DNA of 64,000 nucleotides from Strigamia acuminata. Taxonomy: Eukaryota. Numbering within the stretch: the first letter of the stretch is position 1; each line of letters begins with the position of its first letter. The position numbers and the translations under genes were made by a program. Below, one piece after another: positions 48,201 through 59,121 of the stretch. The notes beneath the pieces were generated by a model. The model worked only from the letters and a program-made list of their open reading frames with translations, ran no database searches and had not been told where the DNA came from. Location: assembly GCA_949358305.1 (NCBI GenBank), contig OX442314.1:27838001-27902000 (forward strand), written 5' to 3'.

Positions 48201-51200
48201 ATGATTTTTGATGAACTTTACCGATTTTCGGTGAAATTTTGTGATTTTCATCGAAAACTATTCAGAAAACGCTAATTTTTATAAAAATTCATTCGATAAT
48301 CACTAAATTTCATCGAAAACTATTTAAAGAGTGCTATTTTTTAAGTGTTTTAAATGTTTGTGTTTGCCGCTCACGTGTATTTGGTTCATGTCTATGTTTT
48401 TTAAATGTTTGTATTTTTAATTTTGTATCTCAGACTCTGCCTGCAGACGACGGTTATTACAAACTGATATGCCACATTCATATCCATATGAACAAATACT
48501 GTAGCAACAGTCAACAGGTCAACAGCTTATCAATAACAAAAAATCATATTTAGCATCGTCAATTTGTACAAATTGGCAATACGCTCTGGTTGCATTAAAA
48601 AATAAATGTTTCAAGTGTTTTAGGTGTATGTGTTTTTGTTTTGAATGTTAAAGAATACAAAATACAAAATATTAAAATATAAAAACATTTAAAACAACAC
48701 TTTCTGAATGCAGCTGCTATTTAGCTGCAAAAACGGATTTTTTTATTGCAAATTGCGAACTTTTTTCGTAAAAATAAATTAAAATAAACCGTTTGTTTCA
48801 TTTTAAAAAGTGGAACTTAGTACAATCACTGTTGATCTTTCTACAAGATTCTCCTGTGCACAAACGAGTGAAAATTTTAAGATGTTATTGCAACTGCAAA
48901 TAGCAAAAATTACTTTTCTTCCCATTCGTTTTCAAAATCACGTCGATTACTATCATATAAATGTTGCAGCGTTTCTTTCTGTAGCAGTTCGCTATCAGGT
49001 GCTGGAGTTTGTAGAATCTGAGGGAGGTCAGTAAACCAAAAATGTGAATATTATCACTTTCAAATCCATATCGTTTTTATTTATTTAAAAAAAAAACCAA
49101 CACATTTTCGAATTAATAATTAAAAACCGTACATTCGGGTTTGAGGTGGATTTTTTATTGTTTTATTGTCGGTACGAAAAAAAATAAAATTAAGAAAAAA
49201 AAAATATTTTATTTGTTTATTTATTTTATTTTGAGGATTTCTGTTTTTTCTTGCGTGCTCTGCTGGTTGTGTGTAATACATGTCAACATACAAGTAGATA
49301 ACACGGCATTTATGGAGAAATCCAAGTGCAACGTTCAATTATTACTCTCTATGTACATAAAAGTTTTAGATTGAATTAGAACTTTCTAGAATGTGTTGGG
49401 CGGAATGCACACTATATGCTTCACTGATTATGTGGGGGTAAAAGTGTGGGGAATGACCTACACACCTGTAGCCTAAGGCATCCAATGGGATGCTAATCTG
49501 TTCTTGACCACATAGTTTTCATCTGATGTTTAAGTTTTATTAAATAACTACTTGCTCAATCTTTCTCCTGGCTTCAATACTCCAATTAATTCCAACTTAT
49601 TGGTCAACTCCTATTGACTGGAAATAGATTTTATAAACATATAGTTTAGTTGTGAATGATATATCCACCAAAACTGAACCTAATTTTCCATTCCAACATA
49701 AAGTTTTATTTCAGCAACAGATTTTGTGTAAACTATTGATTCATACGAGGTATAATATTTAATTACATTCCGTTTAAAATAATTGCATTGTCTTTATTAC
49801 AGTCTGTATTAATTAATTAATTAATAAGTTTTTTTGTTGAAAAGATTATCAGAAAAGTTATTAATTGGTAAACACCGAATATTTATGCAAAAAAAATTCG
49901 TTTTATGCAGTAAAAAATATAAAAATATTGTAAAGCTTCAAATAAATGCCTAGATTGAATAGAACTTTCTAGAATGTGTTGGACGGAATGGCAGCTGCAC
50001 GTCACTGATTACGTGGGAAAAATAGTGTGGGGAATGACCTGCACACATGTAGCCTGAGGTGTCCAATGGGATGCTAATCTGTTTCCATACTGTGTTTGTT
50101 TACACTGGACAGCCTCATTTTGAATCAAGGGTGACGTCATTGGTAAACACTGCCATTCCAGCTCAATTATTTTGCTAATTAAACAATTTAGATATCTGCC
50201 ATTATTTTAAAATAAATCATACTTGTCTTGATATTACTGACTTTTTTAAATATATTTTTAGATCACAAAACATTTTTAATTCACATAGCTTATTTGTTAT
50301 GGCAAGTATAGCAGTAATAACAGAAGGAAATGCATTCATTGCGGAATAACTTATTCAAGAAGTCATTATTATGATCGCATTCAACTTTGTCAGCAACAAG
50401 GATCTTCTCACAGTGTTGAAAGCTTAAGTTTATTTGAAAAAATATTGCAAGTTCCATGAATCAAATTGGACATATTCAAACACATGATCTTTTTTCAGAT
50501 ATAGACACTTGAAGAAATACCACAATTTTTTTTATGCTTAAAATGATATATAATGTTCTAAATAAAATTATATCACAAAGTAGAAATTATAATTGTTTAA
50601 CTGAAATGTAATAGTTTATATTCTTTATTAGTAGAATCTGTATAGTAATCATATAAAACAAGAATAAATTTTATTTATTTTTGTGCATCACTATAAATAA
50701 GAAAGATGAAAACAGCAATGTGTCAATAATAATTTTCAACAACACACACCATTCTGCATTTATACAATGTTTATGAATGAATACTGTAGAAAAAATGCAT
50801 TAGTTTGAATTAATTTGAATTATAAATTATATTTCGAAAAAGAAAAAAAAATTCCACAAATTCATGGAATTTTTTTATCTTCATAAATTTCAACAAATTG
50901 CTATATTCGATTTAGATAGATAGATACGTTCATTTGGATGTTGTTATCAGTTTCCATACAATTTTTATGCCAATAAATGAATAAAGTATAATTACTTTAT
51001 ATTTCCATGAAATTTACAATATATTTTATAAATAAACAAAAAAGTTGTAAATTTGAAGTAAAGTCCATGTTTAGCAATGAAATTTAACATGCGTGTCACT
51101 TCAACTTTACAAACAAAGCGAAATATAGAATTTAACAAGAAATTTACAAACTTTTTTTTTTGTAAATCTGTAATTTCAAGCAGTGTTAAGTGTTTAGCAG

Positions 51201-54200
51201 CCTGTGTTTTAAGTGAGAGTGTAAAAACAAACTTTAAAAAATGTTCTGGGCATGCTCAGTTGCATATCCACACTTAAGTACTTAACCAGTTAAATACTTA
51301 AATTTCTTTTCTGATTCCCCTTACAGTTTTACAACCGTCACATGATTCATGCACAATCTGTTTAGAAACACTGCATAAAATACTTGTACACACGAAATGT
51401 GTCAAAGAACATCAGAAAAACAATGTCTGCCATCCAATCCCCAATGCGTCGAAAACTGTGGCAGTGATTGAATACACAGTAGATCGATTTGCATTGAATC
51501 AAAAGGCATTTGACAAACCTATTTTGAACCTGTTAGATAGACTGTGCTAGTGCTAGATCAAACTAGTCCTTTCTACTAAATTCAATCATTTACAGGATTG
51601 TGCATAAAATGTATGCATAAAATGTATTTTCTTAACAGTACCTACGAACAATAGCAAATGTATCTTGGAGCAAAATAGCTATGCACACAGGAACATGCTA
51701 TCAATCTCAAATAGGTAATTAAAAATTTGTACACAAATTTTATAACAATTATAATGACATTATTTTCTTAGAACCACTAAAATATGCAGGAACTGCTTCA
51801 GCAATATTTTTTAGTTTTCGACCAAACAAACATCAAATCTGTAACCAAAATCAGTACGAGGTAATGAACACATTCCATTTGTCATCAACTCTTAAATTTT
51901 GCACGGTACTCGAATAAATACACAAGTTGCACAATACTTATCCACTGGGCGGACAAGAGTCGCCGTCAAGAGTCATAGTAATTAATCATTTTGATAAATT
52001 ACTAAAGACATTTGCAGTAAGCACTGAGATGAAATGTACTGTCATGTGCATGGTTTTCATCCCTTTTCTAATTTATTAGATTTTTCCATTTTATTATTTT
52101 TCTAAGTTAACCTATTTTTATTTCTATTATTTCTGCAAGTGATCTTTTATAATGAGATCAAATTAGTTACCACCCCAAATACATTTAAAAATCCCCCAAA
52201 TCTATTTAGTTGCACACCAATTATTCACACACTATTTTTATGTGATCAGAGCTGATTTCTGGGCTAACAGACCTGTAAAATTCACTTTCTGCACTGCAAA
52301 AAAAATTAGATTTTCGTCGATAAAATATTTTGGAAATATAACTAAAATGCGATATTTCCAAACCCGAAAGTTATATATTCCAAATTGTACAAACATAAAA
52401 TTTCCAATGACTTTCCAACACTGAATGCAGCCGTTTCCAAACTACTTTTTATAGCATAATATATTAAATTTCCAAACAGTTAAACACATATTTCTCAACC
52501 AGTAAAGTTAAGATTTCCAAATGTAAAATATGAGTTTCCCATCAGTAAATAACAACTTTCCAAATATAAAATTTGATATTTCTTTTTTAATAGAAATTCT
52601 AAATTAGTTAAATCTCAAAATAAATCTCGTAAAAATAAATCCCTAGAAATTTCCATAAAAATTTAATACATCCTGAAAATATGCAGAGGATTCACTCCTG
52701 AATCCTGAATCCTGAATTTGTTTCTGAATTCTAAATCCTGAATTTGTTTCTGAATTCTAAATCCTGAATTTGTTTCTGAATCCTGAATCCATTTCTGAAT
52801 CCTGAATTCTAAATTCATTACTGAATTCTGAATTCATTCCTGAATCATAAATTCTAAATTCTGAATCTTGAATCCAATAATCTTGAATCCTGAATTCATA
52901 AACCAAGGCTATAATCATAGCCTAATACAAAAAATAAGCAAAATCAACTGAAGGCAGTGATAAAAACTCGCATTGATATGATGGTATGACAAATTCTAGA
53001 ATCAAATTAAAATGTTACACTACAAAATTTGTGTCAACTTTTTAATTTATCTAACTCTAACAATAATAATCTAATTGTTTGTTGAAGTAGAAATGATAAA
53101 ACCAATCCCATATTTAAAATCTGTGATTATAAATTATTGTTCTGAAGGTGTGATGAAATAGAAATGTCAAAAATGGTGTAGAGAGTTGAAAAAACATGAC
53201 TGCTCAGCTCGCAAATGTAATGTACACTAGGGTGACTCTTTTATTACCCTCTGAAAACATACAGTATATACAAAGAAGCTCCCATTGGAGCAAACACTCC
53301 TAACTTTATTGCCCCAGCCACATTCCAAAGTTGGGGGCTGAGGCCAAACTTGTGCAAATAGGAAATAAAATATAACATAATTAATTATTATCTAAATACT
53401 ATAAAATAAAGATTAGTAATACTAAATATTATAAAGTTAAATCAAATCAAAACAAAATACAAATATTGAATATAATACTTAAAATAGATAACACAAAATA
53501 GAATGAAATAAAATAAAATAAAATAACTCATTAAAGGGAAAGTGAAAGAAATTATAAAATGATGAAAATAACACGTGTAAAACGGTCAGTTTTCACACCA
53601 TATTTAATAAATATAAATTTTGAATTAGTTTTGAATTATGTTTGCCATCTGGTGATAAACCCATAAATTTTACAAGCTGGAAACATAGGATCTTTAGTCA
53701 TCAATTTTTAGGCTTGAGAAATGAATGGAAATATAAATTTCCAAATCTAATTTACATTAACATTCCATACAATTATAATAATTTGAATCATCATCTTTCA
53801 GTGTTGAAAATTTATAGAAATTTAAATTTCCAAACCTAGTTTACATTAGCTTTCCACACATTTAACAAAAACTAAAATGTCATCTTTTGGTGTTGAAAAT
53901 TTACATAAATTTAAATTTCCAAACCAAATTTACATTAGCTTTCCATACATTTAACAAAAACTTACAACATCATCTTTCAGTGTTGTAAATTTACAGAAAT
54001 TCAACTTTCCATAAAATATTTCCCATTTCCTTTCCATTATATTTCAAAACTGGAATTTATCCAATTTCACCATTAACTTTCCAATAACTTTTTTTTTGGA
54101 AATCCAAAATTTTTTGCAGTGCTGGCTTGATTGTCAACAGAGTACATCTCTCTATACTTTCAGTTAGTTAGTCACTCTTCTTCTAAACCCTGGCACAACA

Positions 54201-55548
54201 CAGCAGCTTGGTTAAAACGCAAGTCATCTGCTAGTGGCATTTAAAGGTGGATTTCACAACTGAATAAGCCTTTGTGCCTTAAACAAGCGCACTCCATCCA
54301 ATTTCTAACTGTCTCGTGCCTATTTCCCCACTATTTTAAGCCATGCTTAGTGATCATTCTCCATCCCTAATTGAGTTTGAGACCTGAGTCAAACCCTTTC
54401 TTTTAGGTTAGTCAATACTAACAAAACACTCAAATCTTGCAAATACAAAATAGTGTTGTAAACTTCAGCGAATTGGGATTTCACGACCGCCTGACATCCT
54501 TATTAAATTGCGGCCATCTTTGGGACTTCCCACGAACCTGGACCCACGCGCATACTTCCACTTGCGCGTAGTAAACTTATTTAAATCCACCAACAACCGG
54601 ATTGAACGTGACAGTACTTACACCAGCATGTATTTTTGTTAATTGTAGCGTTGTTTGATCAGAACTGACTTCCTGCTAAATATCAAGAATACGATAACTG
54701 TAGTTTTCTTTCTGTAGGTGTACTTTAAACAAAGCGAAGCAACAATTCCATCAATTCCCTCAATACTAAGAAGCAGAAGAAGTATTAAAACAGACACCTT
54801 TACCATTCTCACATTCAAAATGTTTAAAGTATGTTTGCAGACAATTATATAAACAAAACTACTAAATCGATTGTTTTAATTTAGACCATTCGATTAAATC
54901 TGAAATCTCAACCTTGCCTTGACCATGACAAATACATGAGATGCCAAGATGATTGCTACGAAAAAAAGATTTATAATATAATTCAGTGCAGGTGAGTATT
55001 GCCTTTTCTTTTTATATCTATGTGACATTTAGGGAGTTACTGTATGAGTGGTGTCATCACTTTTCACACATGTAAAAATCTGTGTTTTGGACATTAAGAA
55101 AACCAACAGATGAAATTTTTAAACTTTATATGATGTAGTTTGTACATGTTATTTAAATATTTTTAGGTTACCATTTTTGGTCAACATCAATAAGAATAAT
55201 TGCACCAACCCTCAAGACACTAAAACTTCATTGGCATCGTTCATAAACAGTTCATTAACTACCGATGCAATGATAGACTGCGGTTGCCATCCACCTTGTG
55301 AAGAGCCAGTGTTTGACACATTCGTTTTCTTTCAAGACACAAAAGCATGGCCACTGAAAATTCTCACTATAATTCCAATGAACAACATAATTGAAGAGAT
55401 TAAGCAAATATTATCCTACACTGAAGTTGCATTGTGCTGTGACATTGGAAATTGTTTTTCACTAATGCTCGGCCTTTCAATTCTTGCAATTCCACAGCTG
55501 TCGCAAAAAATAGTTTTGCAATTTATGCGACTGACCAGAAAAAACTGA
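27245..55548 (+). CDS. DEG/ENaC (pickpocket-like) channel with two tandem subunit domains, ~834 aa, 12 exons
   Basis: Exons: 27245-27739, 27818-27935, 30890-30966, 31653-31742, 31875-31987, 32049-32230, 32295-32959, 51639-51714, 51772-51860, 54718-54828, 54885-54991, 55167-55548. They join in frame with GT-AG introns (2505 nt). Motifs: TM1 RAVW..YISGP, CxLPY, CGCLRPC, TM2 [19 protein letters not shown]; then second TM1 ..YLSEPT, TGTCY, CRLPF, CGCHPPC, TM2 [15 protein letters not shown]. Confidence 0.85.
27972..30843 (-). mobile_element. Tc1/mariner DD41D (rosa/Visitor-type) transposon with ~300-bp TIRs, in ENaC intron 2
   Basis: TIR CAGGGTGGAACAAAAGTCTGTTCCCCTC... with TA TSD. Empty site in unit 1 at ~9384. 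Confidence 0.95.
28360..29514 (-). CDS. DD41D transposase (probable start at MSEYTNQE, ~29433)
   Basis: N-terminal HTH region, [30 protein letters not shown]. 41 residues counted between the 2nd and 3rd catalytic Asp. Uninterrupted. Confidence 0.95.
   Translation of the reverse strand: MLAFQYKVLTFISQKNSKNFQIQISDIMSEYTNQEMVDMMFCYGAANEDGAAATRLYSAKYPNRRHPVPRTLRSIVQRFRETGSVQSRPRQGRPRTVTNDDMSTTILAAVGANPHLSSRAIANDVGCAHTSVLRVLHTNHFHPYHLHCHQELHGTDFNTRAEYCDWFLTQTDNDELFPQKVLWSDEAQFSRNGTVNRHNLHYWASENPRWLRQVAHQVNWRCNVWCGIYNKEIIGPVFFNGTLTGQRYCDLILTNTVEEYVDNLPLASARQMWYQHDGAPPHFALASRQHLNALFGVHWIGRGGPIAWPPRSPDLTPLDFFLWGHVKDVVYKTQPAFIDEIKDRITAACAGITPQTIDAVYKSTQNRAELCLGAGGRHIEQILD
33463..33534 (+). pseudogene. 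tRNA-Ser-derived degenerate sequence (left arm of foldback)
   Basis: GTAGTTCTGGTCCAGTGGTTAAAGCAATGGACTAGGAATC...AGGTTCAAATCCTGC resembles animal tRNA-Ser. A and B boxes are present; the variable arm is shortened and the acceptor stem is mispaired. Confidence 0.65.
33703..33774 (-). pseudogene. tRNA-Ser-derived degenerate sequence (right arm of foldback)
   Basis: Inverted copy GTAGTTGTGGTCCAGTGGTTAAGGCAATACACTAAGAATC...GGTTCAAATCCTGC. Confidence 0.65.
36430..37650 (-). pseudogene. Degenerate multi-exon gene within the CACTA-like element (possible accessory DNA-binding protein)
   Basis: AG/GT-bounded segments translate as ..[69 protein letters not shown] and [24 protein letters not shown], with in-frame stops. 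Confidence 0.45.
38270..38770. repeat. Degenerate ~20/21-bp tandem repeats
   Basis: (AAATCACTAAAGTTCATCGG)n followed by (AAAAATTCTATCAAATTTATC)n. Confidence 0.8.
40054..40818. mobile_element. CAGGGTG-type long-TIR MITE
   Basis: TIR CAGGGTGGTCAGAAAGTCTGG..., TA TSD, ~320-bp arms. Confidence 0.9.
40987..41741. mobile_element. CAGGGTG-type long-TIR MITE
   Basis: TIR CAGGGTGTTTCGTTTAA..., TA TSD. Confidence 0.9.
41981..42704 (+). pseudogene. Captured multi-exon coiled-coil gene fragment
   Basis: Short AG/GT-bounded exons: [100 protein letters not shown]. Confidence 0.55.
42859..43612. mobile_element. CAGGGTG-type long-TIR MITE
   Basis: TIR CAGGGTGAACAAAAAGTCTATC..., TA TSD, ~280-bp arms. Confidence 0.9.
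43781..44092 (+). mobile_element. Single arm of a further CAGGGTG-type element
   Basis: TA-CAGGGTGTCTCG start. 43980-44092 is highly similar to 40250-40370. No partner TIR found. Confidence 0.6.
44285..45155. repeat. C-rich tandem array (CTAAATTC7-10)n
   Basis: Dozens of units of TAAATT followed by C runs. Confidence 0.95.
45305..45745. repeat. 11-bp minisatellite (TTGAAGGTYGT)n
   Basis: Repeated gaaggttgttt/gaaggtcgttt units. Confidence 0.9.
52292..54121. mobile_element. Non-autonomous CACTA-like element containing (TCCTGAA)n repeats
   Basis: CACTGCAAAAAA...TTTTTTGCAGTG termini, 3-bp TSD CTG, subterminal TTTCCA repeats. Absent from unit 1. Confidence 0.8.
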
Positions 55549-57137
55549 AATCTGCCATCACATTTTTCAAATACTATACACTGATATAAATCAAAAATTA
55601 AACGACAATTAAATCTAAAGCACATCCTAATAAATAATACGCACGTAAATAAATAAGTAAATAAATATAACAAAAAATCAACACACAGACGGAGCATGGC
55701 TAACGGTCACTAATCCACACAATGCAGCTAAACTTTTCTATAAATCACCCACAAACTAAGTTTCACTTAAGAAACAACTTTAAATATTATCTTTTAATTT
55801 GACATAAACTCGGACGACTTTTGTCAGCATAACATACTGTTGTCTGTTGTTTCCCAAACGTTTAGTTGTTATAGAGTGGGAAAAGATCCTTAAAGATGTT
55901 TAAAAACTAAAAAGTGTCATTTCAGAAGAATTTAGCCTCTCGGTTTGTATTTTAAGACATTAATTTTTCAACTACTACTACTGTAATATAATATTCTATC
56001 TATTACATCATGCGATTATGGACTCTACCCACATTATATATTTTTAATCTTAAAAATTGATCCTCCGATAGGATGAGTGGGCTACGCTAACTAGTTACGC
56101 TATCCTATTATACTGCGCTATTATACTATACTACACTATATTATTAATTACACTACTACAGCACTATTTATTATTCCGTAGTATTTATATTTATTAATCA
56201 ACTCTGTTTTTACTTTCCACTTAATCGTTTCTGCAGCAATTTAATCCACAGTTGTTGCATACATTTTTTTAAATTGCTTTTCCCAGTTAGTCCACCTCTT
56301 AAAATTAACTTCACAGTCAAATAACAAACTTACTGTTAGAACTATTATCTTTTACTTTCATCGGTTTGAAAAATTTTAAATTTTTTTATACTGTCGACGT
56401 GGGATAATTTGATTCCTCATTTGCCTCAGTCATTGAGTTGACTACATCAACTCGACTGCGTCAACGGTAAAACTATAAGATACAACTAAATTTCACAATA
56501 GTTGATAAGAATTATCGTTTCTTACGTTTATGATTTATAATGCTGATTGACGTTGTTCCTGAATCAGATGTATTGGCCATATATTTTTTCATTTTTCACG
56601 TCGTTACAATGTCTGTTAAAATGAAAACATGTTTTATTATATATGGCATATTCTATTTGATTGTTAAATTATTGTTACTCCCTTGATTTGCGTCGCATTG
56701 AGTTAAACCGGCAGCCGCCATTAAAAGTTGTCGTGACGTAGTAGTCAAAATGTTTTATGCGCATGCTCGATAGCGCATTTTTTTCCTGTAAAATAAAATA
56801 ATAAAATAAAATACCGAACATAATAAACACAGCCTTTGGTATATCATATTTTCAAGCATTTTCGGTCTAACCATTATCGGTTTTGGATTTTTCTTACCAG
56901 AAAAGAAAAATGGCGGCAAATTCAAATAAATGCTGCACAAATTCATGTGTGAATAACCTAAAGCTAAGAAAGGTTTGCATCTTAGCAGGGTCGGCTCAGA
57001 CGTCGGTTTTTCGGACCCCAGAACGAGGCCCGGCGCTCATAGGGGCCCCACACTTTCGAAAATAAAAAATTGAAAAATAAAAGATTAAAATAAATCCTTT
57101 TCTTACGAATACACTTTGGGGATCCACTAATATCTTT

Positions 57138-57539
57138 TTAACTCCAAACTTTGGGGAACGTCTCCACACTGTCGTCATCGATTAATCGGTCCCAGCAATG
57201 GTAAAGCAAATCATGAATTCGCATCAAACGGCAGGTGGAAATTAACTCTGGCAGCAAGTCGTCATCCTTGTCCAAAATCGGCAATTGAGCGGTGTATAGG
57301 AATTCAACGATAACTTCGATGACTTTTTTGTCGAATATTTGAAAATTAACTTCGCCCGAGTTCTTTTCGAACATACCTGCAGTGAGCATGGCCTCGAAAT
57401 AAGAGCAGGATGAAATTAAAACCACTTTGTGGACATGAATGACCCCGTCCCTGCATCTTAGAACGACGTCCGTCGCGTATTGTTTTTGTCGCAATTCCTC
57501 CATTTTGTTTCGAGTGCGAGTCAATTGTTTGTATGCCAT
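57138..57539 (-). pseudogene. BTB gene copy 2, truncated after the BTB domain (133 aa)
   Basis: TDVVL..HKVVLISSCSYFEAML..IVEFLYTA. The BACK-coding part is replaced by ~110 bp of unrelated DNA (57031-57140); the original 3' end resumes at 57030. Confidence 0.75.
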
Positions 57540-57879
57540 GCTGAAAGTACAGGAACAAAAATTAAATTATTTTTGGTTTCAATAAATCGAAATTTAAATT
57601 AAAATCAAACTTTTCGTCGCAAACGTGAATAAATTTTACTGGCTCGAATGCTCGTTCATCGGTCCCAGTCCCAGTAACAGCACACGCGTAAACAGCTCGA
57701 ATTGTCTTTTTATCTTCTAAATAAACAAAGATTGATGAATTAAACTATATAAACATGTAAGTAATTCAAGTACCTGATGACATTTTTTAATTTGAAACAA
57801 AGAGTAAAGCGATAACCGTGTTGTTCAAAGTGAAACCTCCTTTATTCAAACTGCGCATGAGCAGTAGGTCGCCACGTTG

Positions 57880-58180
57880 TACCGAGGATATAGAAGAGAA
57901 GGATGGGAAAACGGGGCCAGGTACTGACATTTTAATGTATCCTGTGTGTTCTATTAGGTTTATGAAATGAAATTAAGTAAGTAATCTATTAGTTTTTCTG
58001 GCAGAAAATTTTTGTACTTACAATAATAGGCGAAATCATTGATTATTTAACACGGTTCGTACACGTTGCGATGTGATAAGCGTATGCAAAAGGCGGGGCT
58101 GACATCTAGCGAGAGGAACCACGTGTCTTTCAAGGTCAGAGCCCGTTTTCCTATCCTTCTCTTCTATATCCTTCTCAGTA
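57880..58180. mobile_element. Small MITE upstream of BTB copy 2
   Basis: Inverted ends AGGATATAGAAGAGAAGGAT(G/A)GGAAAACGGG, TA-flanked. Absent from the paralogous upstream regions. Confidence 0.7.
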
Positions 58181-59121
58181 CATGTTTCGACACAACAAAA
58201 AGAAAAATAATTCTTTTACATTATCTTATCCAAAATGAGAATTAATAAAACTTATAATTAAAGATTGGTTAGAGGCAGAACGACTTCCATTATAATTTTC
58301 ACAAGAACAAAACACGAGTCACGCAGCCGATATATAAATCGGCCGTCGAGGCAGAGTTTTGTAAGGTGTTGTAAATAAAATATAAATTTCTGTTTTAATG
58401 ATTAATTACATTGAAATGCTCAGTTTTATTGAATAATTTCTTACAATGGTATGAAAGAAATTAAAATATGATAGCACAAAAATAGCGTCACACGTTTAAA
58501 ATCATGTTTCTTAAACGTTGTTAACTGACAGTAAAAATAACCACAAGTTGCTACAGAAAGCCAAAAAATTTATATAGGGGACAAACATTTACAAGAAATA
58601 AATGTTTAATGACATGGTTTAATTTTTTGTGGAGGAGGGCAAATACCGTACCGCCTCGTTTAAACGCCCGGGCATTGTATTTGAGTGGACTCAAAACGAG
58701 ACAATAATCCAAAAAAAAATTGTCATGATGACTATTGTTTAGTGAAATATGACTGATAGAAGTGTAGAGGTATTGTTAACTAAATAATGATACTCCGGTA
58801 TAAAACAAACGAGTGAAACGTTTATTCTTGGTTGAAAATCAAAATGGCGCGTATACGCAACCGTGACTTACGATCGAGATACATTTCGAAGATGGGAAAC
58901 AAAAACGCACGTGTCGCGTGGTTGATTAAATACATCGTGACGACGATAAACGAAATTATAAATTCACATTGTACACGCACGGAATTTCAAAACTGACAGC
59001 CAAAACAAACACTCATAAAAGAAAAGGCATCATAAATACACTACTATAAATAATATAAACTATTACGTATAAATTACAAACATAAAACAAATATCGTTAT
59101 CGGTTTAATATACCACAAGAA

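Larger units (their letters stand above)
35895..51185. mobile_element. 15.3-kb CACTA/EnSpm-like element, degenerate, with nested TEs and gene fragments
   Basis: Termini CACTGCTTGAAA...TTTCAAGCAGTG, 3-bp TSD TTA, many subterminal TTTACA/TGTAAA motifs at both ends. Confidence 0.8.
35746..51322. mobile_element. Palindromic MITE (arms 35746-35894 and 51186-51322) split by a large nested element
   Basis: AAGGGGAATCAGAAAAGAAATTTAAG... inverted ends with 3-bp TSD ACA. Empty site cattacacagtttt at ~15765. Confidence 0.85.

Noticed and set aside
54649..54699. Extra ENaC exon [10 protein letters not shown]...
   Set aside because: It would need an 18-nt intron or read into TAG. Direct splicing from 51860 to 54718 keeps the frame.
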